Shown here: positions 42,601 through 47,530 of the stretch, one piece after another | Layout: every line of letters begins with the position of its first letter | Position numbering within the stretch: position 1 is the first letter of the stretch | Origin: Bythopirellula sp. | GTDB lineage: Bacteria > Planctomycetota > Planctomycetia > Pirellulales > Lacipirellulaceae | DNA: 64,000 nt | Assembly (NCBI GenBank): GCA_965216565.1 | Contig: OZ244170.1 | Location: 3,168,001 to 3,232,000 of the forward strand | Reading direction: 5' to 3' | The notes under the pieces: model-generated | The model's database searches: none | Told to the model about the DNA's origin: nothing | Seen by the model: the letters and a program-made list of their open reading frames with translations, nothing else | Made by a program: the position numbers and the translations under genes

Positions 42601-43222
42601 CGTTGTTGGCGGAGCTGCACTCTCCCGGACATTGGCCCGGGGTTCGACAGGACTTGTAGACGATGCCGCAAGACTTAACAGCAATGTACTTCATACCAGC
42701 ACGCTCTCGACTCACTCTTTTGATGATCTACTAGCCGCACAACGGCTTACCAATCAGATCGAAGTCGCAGCTAGCAATCAGATCATTAGCCAGACGAGTA
42801 CGGCATCGCTGAGAGTAAAGTTGAGCCCTATTCTCGAGACCCAGCGTGACTTATCAATTCTAGCAAATCGTCAGTCAAATGTTGTTAATCGATTTCTTCA
42901 ATCGAGTGATAGCCGTGTTGCAATATCGTTTCGTCAGGCCCAAACTGAAAACCCACCATTTGCAAATCTTATCCAAGGAAGGGTGCTTGACCGTCGGTTA
43001 AATTCGTTGTTAAAACGTCAGCCTCTGGGGAACAATGTGAGACTAGATCAAACAGTCCCTAACTCCGGAAGTAACTTGCGGCCTGATGTTTTTTTTCCTA
43101 GCCTCGACAACAAAAGTGTTATATTCGATTTTGGCGGTGTTTCGAAAATCAGGGCCATCCAGAAATTTGACGGACTCGCTGATGAAATAATACCGATAGT
43201 ACCCTTAGAGAGATTCAAATGA
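27698..43222 (+). CDS. Giant (5174 aa) RHS/YD-repeat polymorphic toxin-adhesin
   Basis: Domain order: planctomycete motif IESLEARQML; CSLREA-like; beta-helix GGAI repeats; choice-of-anchor-Q-like (GGPTWTH.PLPGSPAIDAG); FG-GAP/VCBS (GDFNGDGRDD); transglutaminase-like; six ~140-aa repeats; DUF6531-like GDPVNIANG; YD repeats; RHS core ARWYDPNTGRF..EDP...DPINFRDPTG; C-terminal tip. Confidence 0.93.
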   Translation: MRHFPSCWNKTLAQLGFRRTRRNVKRKRNEFKRSSRIESLEARQMLTANFDYLVDTLIDELDQSTSDGDVSLRDALYAAANDNENDVDIIAFAPHLAGGTIELDGELNELLIESDVHIVGLGAGLLTIDASGKATDHQRAFSVASGSSVAISNLTVTGGYEVLGGAIYAAEANVTLSDVSLTGNFSTDSGGAIAAVNSTLVLQDSSVIGNESAGSTGGIFFNYNSNSLSNESLLIDSSTIEGNISAGAAGGVRLHSSGGSTGSPRNVQILDSRLSHNQAQTQGGAIFANSGFDFLIDQSTVVDNQALTSHGGGIYVDGSDATIADSQISANQAAAGSGGGIYGKNSGSFEITSSTVSKNVALVGAGIYKVLEGDDYFHVTGSSILSNRAEHDSLATSAAGIYVDGGSSTGNSREFSLVNSTVALNLSRATSATSTVDNTVGAITLNNIAVATIKNSTISSNSAEDFDGAIRIANSGTVTLVNTTITANESLGDTWGAIHSINSTVVAHNTIVADNSSNGPNGDVDLSDLRADSSHNIFGKNVGDLSALHGDGNLKLHSIPELGPSDLGLSELGDHGGPTWTHVPLPGSPAIDAGDWLLARDAYGLLGDQRGFVRLAEVGIDIGSAELTWSIFDNADFNGDGRMDEMRYDTTTGNLSVLSKTTESHWVGSWGVLDPTKQWTGATAGDFNGDGRDDFLVQESISGEWTIALSEGSHFLVQALNLSTNWNAQRLFVGDFDGDGADELLGRATENSNWGLLDYDDPSGATINLNVGASLQNSTFLGNIFVGDANQDGHDDLIASVSPTDAASTADNSIDWEVSLSLIDTNDNVDLQSEQNWNDWFDAHFDNQTGIQKIDADAAYRDIVAIFANAYNTLELELYPGLMKGPEATDLTLAGNPWDQAALLVQNFEQAGISARIVTGQIDVKAEELEAWLGVSTTGAAYSAIASALDAGAMPLDAAGNDLRDPNNPHLNGILATLYAKSIQFNHAWVQAHLPTADGSWQWLDLDPSWKHREQRTPIDISALDDGDGLGIFDEFDYLSLPAGNQQLPLEFFEDQVMQYLASQGLGQSLADLSQVGPIIQQHFETFPTGLAEGVAIVGAITDLGDFDNIVDTQSLADLYTHQVRLAAQRITNLPDYELSLSDLDPISLLSYAGLDHVVDPTADSFSFNPDPTKFISYNPVQGAGTFDYGPHEPSPDTSFDSESDFGFYTGFEKSTTTIEETNVPISTSDQLDSYGIDGSVRTHIDFAGKTLYPILPEQYPTYSSVDFGVSNYAPLAPVNDADLNDSNVQSATIDGLGNQTITLTTSADDPAIASAVDIPDYQITADTRLSFVFDRAIRGSLHGIGWSSVSSGFPVLSSDPHQFFRLTGFYGKQSSIYGHADSEFTVTSVIDTMNPLFDVTWLGGTRYKYEIELGHSEYNFTGTEEISHLVFFTEGDASVGGDKVAQSKFSEISLYDVPTGYDGTFQIPTNATEIVFDSFTTPDGIDIKSLDIPNYQVTENTVLEFDFRGLAPGPGSSHSIGVGATIDSEFETIYTLDLPSIDGSSSQTQTVNLGTELEIPNGSFLDISHLVFTNIGSTGDPGPAQPTTSYFSNISLYEAPLGTATIQSNNPHNRIKLTGSVSKSLDITDHDITESTVLRFDFKSNTEGALHLLGWDTNNTFQQGYPDADVFALYGDDVVGTPAYDGTGWEPIAIHLYGEDPSSLGKIISHLFFTMDGGAAGLTADSFFRNIRFEELEEIDLDGSKQVNPNGSTHELQLTGTTAETLVVPGGYTITPHTVLQFEFSSNSQGEMHRIGWDTNGTYSEATDSPRLYPVFGNQASSLYPGLNGTAYNFYDSIGTDTIQIPIGSIVFDGEPNPVDQVISRLIFTVEGNSLGSSAQSVFKNVSLTETSPAGDFFVDGAGIHLLGTASKSVAGTGVGTHTIREDSWLLFDFSSTQQGALHQIGWEFGDATYGQNPSDEQLYSIYGTSANSGGLYSRYNPGPSNPGEVQTIAIPIGRILVNGNESPDGKKLNRLVFRSVEGDEGIATESVFNNVRLWRPSSSATIHDYPWFSLELNGNSAKTIPIGHYNISDNTHLFVDLNGDVEGLHHAIGVDTDSTYDGIEALFQLNGIPDGRFIQINPSGFFPSDIPLGNLINGPNAVNNIVFLNKSGPSSEDARSVFNEVKLYEKIGPTGALWSKRLSVPEHSLSDISFQIDGSGDKRTSRLYIDGVGQSAPSQSIWVSAGDKASIKVTNTVPTAFGIGQDFTKTYTQNYDEVISLGLDANQFSRDALVAKQADLLAALQNNTDLAHYLNDIDELLSHTVAKYWSDFNRDNAAINQITNTLGIQTRVGSGIAKAKKNLLVDAQTGDFIIEHLPYQIAPEGMGVDLPNGVHFSLNRSIGSLASEAFQLVGYNASALEHNIVESEINSASVSTIQGLRNAYLQEFGVDDQHNLITDDSILVFDRLSTGEVLYRGEWHKDSSFPNQSVTVSDLANLESYLVHHRPKSGGSNEFAGSVWANLNDTEVDGGIRILVPKGKSKVDHWVGSVYLRETAESGTYAIVKEGGEIANGGFSGDVFKTVNTQLPPVDFKFQTFAGDPVNIANGSMFRDEVDIVYPNLGVPLNFARHYVSNSTDDIGLGVGWTHSFGDMLVLDPEDTSTGDLVWITPSGQRHKFVPNGPNFEVPSALHGEFIDTGTLYVYKDKSGMEYHFEQKSITETSLNSLQVVGRLVKQIDNIGNGVEIVYVNDSTRQIGSVRDVHNFLRRLEIEYATDDRISAVHKVDSGLIGTWNFTSEEINGTQASSDFRLTKVEAPQVNTIDSQGASILASPTVHYDYYTTGPSVGLIETITEADGETHDYEYYPNGRVFRVNDADGGVESYTYNLFRNVTEFTNPNGNTEIYIHQDNGLLEKQIHEDRTRMVLTWGEQGTDAEYLMSSSTDEIGATETFTYYDSGDFRRELQQSTSKHFQNADGTPVDSDDVFTTDFTYVQPLDRQHMFLLGQTIIDAGDENITTSFTYDNLGRLETTTDALGNVTLREYYADDINPTDGLLKSETSARGNDSADTSAVNAEYVRWHELSSSYQVNSDTLSVRLSMTNDLDDNGKVAIADAIRLERIDGDFPYSRVIDNDDNGLDLDGFNVTGSLGPDYFYSTGNTLAGIEGDDTGLKSLGTKATWTFTNLQPGHYRVLTTWGVGGNRWHTVPFDIVDGNDFTDSSRLTVDVDQTLHPDDVAPRFITTFSYDAAGNLTQASRDGQPTTVNEYHHTGGILRTTSPPDAAGQIVVSENSYDTLGRLTDTETYPANDPEAALVRSFEYDAVGRVRFSTDELGRITTLAYDARGNLIEQISPDGTSIAFEYDANSNLVRQIDELGRETRSKFDSRDRLINTIFADGASEHIRYTGTGQVAGTTDALDKETVFLYDAIGRLLTTTNAHNYSFSNEFDKLGRLVATTDYEGNRTEFNYDSLGRVIKSRTLPANSAEPLLALTTFDYDAEGNVIRQASYDTVNFGVANSIDDPRSLITPAAIAANSIQLIETQYDVFNRPIEVIAASGSINQEASSNVYDHTGRVVYSYDELGRVSELRYDQYGRLLETVAPDPDGTGSQSSPITRFEYDAVGNQTAIIDPNGNRTVLQYDVFNRVVNTIDALGGKTQTLYDTAGQLVATVDALGRATYSVFDKRGRLTKTRSADPDGTGPLLPSESQFEYDGAGNLLRQIDPRGYETHYEYDDLHRLIKETRSYETIVDSSNSEHFSLIRDNGSAPVTTGYGGNAELVQHDDNQQNANLQTAIAEWRFETLPAGKYRILATWPSSPGGTNVLTVQTNFNEAGFTAIAGESWDQSSPPDDVQRTLDGVTTDWAILAEDIELSAANNTLRLRLRSQAGEDLLADAIRVERIDTREYAYDDNDNLTSETDTLGRITSYTYDELDRIKTVTLPDPDGPAGLSSPQTTTNYDGYGNVTETVEFRGGDNRKTQWTYDTRNRVLSETLDVDGDAEVATEFTYDAAGNLIEQIEAVGEVNARTEYFYDNLNRLQEQVRYRSAGDFYGVTTFYSYDANGNLTESEDEYFDQNNPLNYFKRRVNFTYDALNRETSTTRHNLLQSVSQYDAVGNVISNTDGLRRTTTFAYDHLNRLVSVAGPDPDGNLGSLEASVTTSTYDLSGNLTSQTNGENETDPFFYDRNGRLLSSTDGLGHTAHFTYDSEGNQIAYTDPTGNATTYEYDALNRLTSESITLDSNPASRGYAYSDEGNLDSIIDRNGRTRTFYYDGLDRLTGEFWYDQPGGSLVQGLSWSYDSLGRLEVDRDIHYASGASQVNNYEYDDLGRVTEHRNYDTLLGFSSDAPRIVQRYQYDLITNNTISTVHSQHLLDSQDIERHRGTSTVTFDRQGRVTKITDDADTSRGIDAKLFDFHNDAANQMTGVTRTADGNSVFDTLYGYDNAGRAVNIAHQQAVGPQLSAFSSYQYQYDRAHRITDQSKSLDTSVAALSQATANNAEAFNFDQAGQLTADDAGSYTYDDNGNRTDSGFGVGEHNRLTEDADFTYLYDDEGNLIRRTEKVGGPLGGQVTEYSWDHRNRLVQVVHYDAAGNTPISGTIDYRYNAADQLVWRQETTGGTPKTARHYVFSGDHRVLDIADTGVVRHRFLWGPGGDQLLLDEVYGGSGIQVTEALWAATDHLGSVGQLVEPDGTIYEHREYDSFGDIEQAFDELGNAKATGSLRSHVAHAGSLWDDDAGLYNKRARWYDPNTGRFVGEDPAEDGSNWYQYAGGDPINFRDPTGLTPAGNPLNGVNGGFSGNVLREENTLLRNVASRPVTAGLSFSQIASSGPVNNSFRNIQDAFFQHEFSTLATSKLSSVGIDSTSQFTVNASLDRIVAAQRPFIAVGPAREQFDDPILRGLANPRVQGGLQVVQGVSEGLIAGGLALAPEPTLTTKVAAGVLGAKSFDSIQAGFRQLILGEQVDSFTRTATTNVTTGLGAPDDLVSFSNFLVDAGPSVVGGAALSRTLARGSTGLVDDAARLNSNVLHTSTLSTHSFDDLLAAQRLTNQIEVAASNQIISQTSTASLRVKLSPILETQRDLSILANRQSNVVNRFLQSSDSRVAISFRQAQTENPPFANLIQGRVLDRRLNSLLKRQPLGNNVRLDQTVPNSGSNLRPDVFFPSLDNKSVIFDFGGVSKIRAIQKFDGLADEIIPIVPLERFK

Positions 43223-43842
43223 ATAAAGCTGATTTCATTAAGCGATGGTCAGATCCGACGTATCTATCATCTGTCAAAAACAATTTATTTGAAATCACAG
43301 ACAATCGTTTCTTGGAAGGGCCAGCTGAACTTAGGGGGCTCATCGTTGGATTGAACGGAGCTCTTGAAGAATACGAATCCTTGTCATTTGAACACGCAAC
43401 AATACGACTTATTGACTTCACCTATTCCAAGTTCTCTTGCAGCTTTAGTCATAGCAGACTAGAAGAGTTGGACTTCTCAGATTGTCTTTTTGATACATGT
43501 AACATGATTGGTACTCATTCTTCCAAATGTCATTTCCGTTCTACGAGAATCAGTGCCCCGACAATGAACGATGCTGTTTTTGAGAATTGTGACTTTTCAA
43601 ACTCTACTCTCAAGGGACGAGGATTTTATGAATACGGAGGACGGCGGGCGATTTTTAGTAAGTGCAATTTTCGAGGTGCAAAGATAAAATCTCTTGAATT
43701 TCGGGCCTCCAAATTCATTCAATGTCTATTCGAGGAGACTATCTTTGAAAAATGTGATTTACGAGGAGCTAAGTTTGAAGGCAACATTGTAAATGCTGAT
43801 CAACTCGCACGCTGTAACATAGATAGCACCATATTCTCGTAA
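43219..43842 (+). CDS. Pentapeptide repeat protein, putative immunity protein
   Basis: 5-residue periodicity (LDFSD CLFDT CNMIG ... AVFEN CDFSN ... CNFRG AKIKS LEFRA SKFIQ CLFEE TIFEK CDLRG AKFEG); ATGA overlap with the RHS stop; AT-rich. Confidence 0.85.
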   Translation: MNKADFIKRWSDPTYLSSVKNNLFEITDNRFLEGPAELRGLIVGLNGALEEYESLSFEHATIRLIDFTYSKFSCSFSHSRLEELDFSDCLFDTCNMIGTHSSKCHFRSTRISAPTMNDAVFENCDFSNSTLKGRGFYEYGGRRAIFSKCNFRGAKIKSLEFRASKFIQCLFEETIFEKCDLRGAKFEGNIVNADQLARCNIDSTIFS

Positions 43843-44380
43843 TACGAATTATGCAGAAGAGCTTGTCTAGGTATGTTTAATTCTCGACTGATCTTACGAT
43901 TGCCAGGCTTTCGGATGATGGGGAAGTCAAGAGTTACCAGAAAGCATGTTTTGCACCTCTAAGTTTCGTTATCCCCCCAGGCCACCTCTGCCGGCTGTGC
44001 CACCACTGACTGATGGCAATGTGGCCACCATTGCTGTTCGCTTTACTATGCAGAATTTCGATAATTGAGTTTGCAGATTCTTGCGCCCGTTCTTTAATAA
44101 CTAGACTCTATTTATTGGTAGTTAAGCGTTAGTTCTCTCGTCGAGAAATATTGCACGCTCGGTTCTCTTTTTGGCCTGCAAAAGTCCCTGGCATTTTGCC
44201 CCCGGTGACTGGCATTGTTCCCTTGCATCGCAGTGTCTGGGCAAACTAGCACTGTGCAAAATGTTTCTTGCCATCGGGCCCGACGGCGCTTGCCGGAGAC
44301 CAAATTCTTGGCAAACTGCGATAGATCGGCATTCTAAGCCGCACCAAAGTTGGGAGTTTTTCGGCGAAGTCCTCATAACT

Positions 44381-44737
44381 TCACGCCCGTTTCTTTTTTC
44401 CCGAGGCCTTTGCGGTCGAGTCGGCTTCGGCAGAATCTTTGACGCGCAGCAGTGTGTTGGCCCAGTAGGCTTCGTATTTGCTGATCCAGCGCTCAATGAT
44501 TTGCCGCAGCGGTGCCGCGTTGAGCGAGTTGATTCGCAACCGACCCTCGCTGCGAGTATTCACGAGTCCCGCCTCGCGCAGTACGTCGAGGTGCTTCATC
44601 ACGCCGAAGCGCGACAGGTGGGGGAATTGCTCGACGACCTCGGTCGTTTGTCGCGGACCATCGCGGAGTAGGTCCAGAATCTCTCGGCGGGTGGGGTCGG
44701 CCAGCGCCTTCCAAACCTGATCATTCGGCTCGCTCAC
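44381..44737 (-). CDS. ArsR/SmtB family transcriptional regulator
   Basis: KALADPTRREILDLL..GP and SRFGVMKHL.VL.EAGLV..R.EGR; GTG start overlaps the upstream stop. Confidence 0.92.
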   Translation of the reverse strand: MSEPNDQVWKALADPTRREILDLLRDGPRQTTEVVEQFPHLSRFGVMKHLDVLREAGLVNTRSEGRLRINSLNAAPLRQIIERWISKYEAYWANTLLRVKDSAEADSTAKASGKKKRA

Positions 44738-45186
44738 GCAGGACTCCCGACACTTGCCTCGGCAATTCGCTTCACGCTCTGGAGGTAGCTATCCCAACCC
44801 ATCACGACCCCTTGGCGATGCTCGTCGAGAATTTGTCCGAGCGCCTGGTGACGCAGATAAACGTCGGTGCCGCCGGCGACCTGGGTCAGTTTGAACTGCA
44901 CATGTCCTGCGACTGCATACGACATGAACATGGGACCTTGGATTTCGATGAGCGTCGGCGGTTTGATCACCTGGACAAAACCCCACAAATGTCCCTGGCC
45001 ATTGCCAAGATCGCGGAACCATCTGCCGCCGGGCCATTCCTCCAGCACCATTGGCATCGGTTTGTTATCGGGCGTTGTACTTTCAGTCGTGAGTCGGCAG
45101 ACAAGCGCCTTATAGGCATCGCCAATGGCGGTTTCGACTTCGATCGATTGCGTGATGTCGAGTGTAAGCTCTTGGGTATCGACCAT
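44734..45186 (-). CDS. SRPBCC/AHSA1 domain protein
   Basis: LE..PGGRWFRD.G.G.GHLWG.VQ.I.PP.L.E...GW..YL; coupled to the ArsR gene; GGAG RBS. Confidence 0.85.
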   Translation of the reverse strand: MVDTQELTLDITQSIEVETAIGDAYKALVCRLTTESTTPDNKPMPMVLEEWPGGRWFRDLGNGQGHLWGFVQVIKPPTLIEIQGPMFMSYAVAGHVQFKLTQVAGGTDVYLRHQALGQILDEHRQGVVMGWDSYLQSVKRIAEASVGSPA

Positions 45187-45216
45187 GGAAGTTTTCTCCA
45201 AGTAAGTGTTTTGATG

Positions 45217-45732
45217 CTAAACCGATTGCCCGACTGGCGAAGATTGGGATACTTCGTTCGTGGCAGGCGACTTTACCGGTACGATGAAACTCATATGCAT
45301 CTCGGCATGCCTGAGGTGAAACTTCGTCCACTCATCGCGACTGAGATTTCCCAAACCTGGGTGAATGGCCCGCTTGGATTCAGCGGCCTGGCGGACGATT
45401 GCTTGTTCGAGAGAAGCTAATCCTTCCTCCACAGGCATGTCGTCGGGACGAAAATTATCGGGAGCGGAGAATCCAGAGGGAACCTCTCTTTCGAGGAACT
45501 TTTTCTTCATGAACAGCGCCATGATCAAACGTAGCGGCGCGGGGAACGACATATCGAAGCCATCGATTGAGGAATTGAGAGTCATCGCCAGATGTTCGTA
45601 GATTTGTCCTCGCGACCAGTTGCCAAGCATTCGGACATCGGCCGCCGCCAGACTCCGCGCGTCGGCCAGCAGTTCATCCAGCGACGCATAGCGAACCGTG
45701 CGTCGGCCTTGTACTTTTTTCGTGTTGATCAT
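45217..45732 (-). CDS. DUF1569 (DinB-like) protein
   Basis: GNWS.GQI.EHL and HP.LG.L....W..FHLRHAE.H.SF. Confidence 0.8.
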   Translation of the reverse strand: MINTKKVQGRRTVRYASLDELLADARSLAAADVRMLGNWSRGQIYEHLAMTLNSSIDGFDMSFPAPLRLIMALFMKKKFLEREVPSGFSAPDNFRPDDMPVEEGLASLEQAIVRQAAESKRAIHPGLGNLSRDEWTKFHLRHAEMHMSFIVPVKSPATNEVSQSSPVGQSV

Positions 45733-45775
45733 GATTTTTAAACTCCGCATGTTGACTGACCGTAGCTCCCACTGA

Positions 45776-45797
45776 TATGTTACTCGATAGTAACGTA
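45776..45797. promoter_or_regulatory. Inverted repeat, candidate ArsR-family operator
   Basis: TATGTTAC-N6-GTAACGTA (7/8 symmetric) in the divergent spacer between the DUF1569-SRPBCC-ArsR operon and the VOC gene. Confidence 0.55.
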
Positions 45798-45861
45798 TTA
45801 TTTGTGCCGCGACAAGTGGTTTTCAGCTCAATTTCTTCCCCAGATCTCAAGGAGCAAAACG

Positions 45862-46242
45862 ATGCCTTCCCATGCAAATCCCGTCAATTGGTTTGAAATT
45901 CCCGTTACCGACATGACTCGCGCAAGAAGTTTCTACGAAAAGGCCTTTGGCATCGATATTCAGGAAACGGAGATGGGCCCCTTGAAGATGGGTTGGTTCC
46001 CGATGGAGATGGGCAAGCAAGGAGCGGCGGGGACGCTCGTCTTGGGCGATGGCTATAAGCCTTCGCACGATGGCTCGCTAGTTTACTTGCATGTGGACAG
46101 TATCGAACCAACGTTGGAAGCCATCGATGGTGCCGGTGGCAAGACCTTAGTCCCCAAGCAAAGCATCGGCGAGCACGGCTTCATTGCTCACTTTGAAGAT
46201 ACGGAGGGCAATCGCGTAGCGGTTCACGAGTCGCCCGCCTAG
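45862..46242 (+). CDS. VOC family (glyoxalase/bleomycin resistance) protein
   Basis: [14 protein letters not shown]...FG and [23 protein letters not shown]. Confidence 0.9.
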   Translation: MPSHANPVNWFEIPVTDMTRARSFYEKAFGIDIQETEMGPLKMGWFPMEMGKQGAAGTLVLGDGYKPSHDGSLVYLHVDSIEPTLEAIDGAGGKTLVPKQSIGEHGFIAHFEDTEGNRVAVHESPA

Positions 46243-46260
46243 GGAAGATGGCTCGGTTGC

Positions 46261-46287
46261 TCCGGCGATCTGTCATATCGCGGCTAT
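46261..46287. repeat. Short REP-like dispersed palindrome, copy 1 (degenerate)
   Basis: TCCGGCGATC-N6-ATCGCGGCTAT; 23/27 identical to 63805-63831. Confidence 0.55.
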
Positions 46288-46331
46288 CACATGCAAATTC
46301 TGTTTTTTTGATGCGCTGCAGTGGTTTGTAT

Positions 46332-47405
46332 TCACTCGAAACCGAATTCTTCTAGTGTGATTTCGCCCTCGGTTGACGTAACGGGGGTGAATTTCACTCG
46401 CGTATGCTGGAGGAAGTCGTCGTTGATTGATTCGAACCGGTCCGCAGCGCGCTGCTCGCCGACCTGGAACAACTCAGGGATGTGTTCGACCTCGTCGAGG
46501 CCCCATTTATCCATCATGCGGAAGTTGATATGTCGATAACGATCGCCCAAGAAGTACTTTAAAGGTAAGTGAATTCCTTGGACCTGAGATGTTCCCATGA
46601 CATCGGCGACTCGTGGTGCCCAATACAGGAGCCCTGCATCGGCGCCGGGGGGCGACAAAGAAAACTGTGCTCTGCCTGTGCCGATGGAGAGCAGATGGAT
46701 ATTGTCAATGAAATACGAATCATCCGTGGATTCGTTCTTTTCATTTTGGAAGTTGTGAATACGGATAGCTTCGGCCAACGCAAGCACGCTGGGATCGTTC
46801 GCCCACATCGCACCGTCGACATACGCATGCTCACCAATTTGATGATGGGGGAAATAAGTGGGGGCTGCTGTTGCAGCGATTGTAACGTCGGTGACCTTAA
46901 TATGCCGATCGTGATATGCCTTGGGCAAATGGCAAGAACGGAACACATGCGGTTCGCCGAGTGTTAGATTGACTGCCGGGATGGCGAGACGCGTGTAGCA
47001 GACTGAATCCAATCTGGTTTCGCCGAACCCCTCATCGAAAGCTTCTCGTAACGCAATCGGGCAGAATCGGGCACGAAATGCCGCGTCGAGTCCCCCACCG
47101 GTCCGCTTGCGAAACACCCAATTCGCAGGCGGAAACAATGCCCGCGTGACACCACGCGCTTTGTATCGTGGCCGAGGCGTAAAGATCTTCGCGCCATACT
47201 GCACATAAAAGTCGTGCATTCGCTCAGCGGAAAGGCCCATTGCCAAACCGGCAGCAATTATTCCACCTGTGGACGTGCCGGCAATCAGATCAAATGCTTC
47301 GGCTATATTGCGGCCTGCCTTCTGCTCTAGCTCTTTCAGAAACGAGGTGACAAACGCCCCACGAATTCCACCTCCAGCCAGGGAGAGAATCTGAAAGCGA
47401 GACAT
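46332..47405 (-). CDS. Patatin-like phospholipase (CapV-like subfamily)
   Basis: LSLAGGGIRG, nucleophile GTSTG, ATAAAPTYF, DGA.WAN.P and LLSIGTG. Confidence 0.9.
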   Translation of the reverse strand: MSRFQILSLAGGGIRGAFVTSFLKELEQKAGRNIAEAFDLIAGTSTGGIIAAGLAMGLSAERMHDFYVQYGAKIFTPRPRYKARGVTRALFPPANWVFRKRTGGGLDAAFRARFCPIALREAFDEGFGETRLDSVCYTRLAIPAVNLTLGEPHVFRSCHLPKAYHDRHIKVTDVTIAATAAPTYFPHHQIGEHAYVDGAMWANDPSVLALAEAIRIHNFQNEKNESTDDSYFIDNIHLLSIGTGRAQFSLSPPGADAGLLYWAPRVADVMGTSQVQGIHLPLKYFLGDRYRHINFRMMDKWGLDEVEHIPELFQVGEQRAADRFESINDDFLQHTRVKFTPVTSTEGEITLEEFGFE

Positions 47406-47530
47406 GGCTCCGCCATCCGGGGTCAGAAGCTAAAGAAACTTAGAGTACTTTAGTCGGCGACACATCGATCAGGCAAGAACCCATTGGAGGTCGGTAGGCT
47501 TACTTTGGAACTCGACTTAAAGCACAAGTA

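Noticed and set aside
22817..44380. Integrative genomic island from tRNA-Asn to the end of the RHS locus
   Set aside because: I saw no integrase, no transposase and no distal tRNA 3'-end repeat. Only the local match at 23032 was found.
43843..44380. Orphan RHS tip/immunity cassettes after the toxin
   Set aside because: No RHS core fragment or convincing ORF is visible in this gap.
46332..47405. Patatin as the effector of a CBASS anti-phage system
   Set aside because: No CD-NTase, Cap2 or Cap3 gene is nearby; the neighbours are a VOC gene and a PEP-CTERM gene. The class III cyclase about 33 kb away is an unrelated enzyme family.
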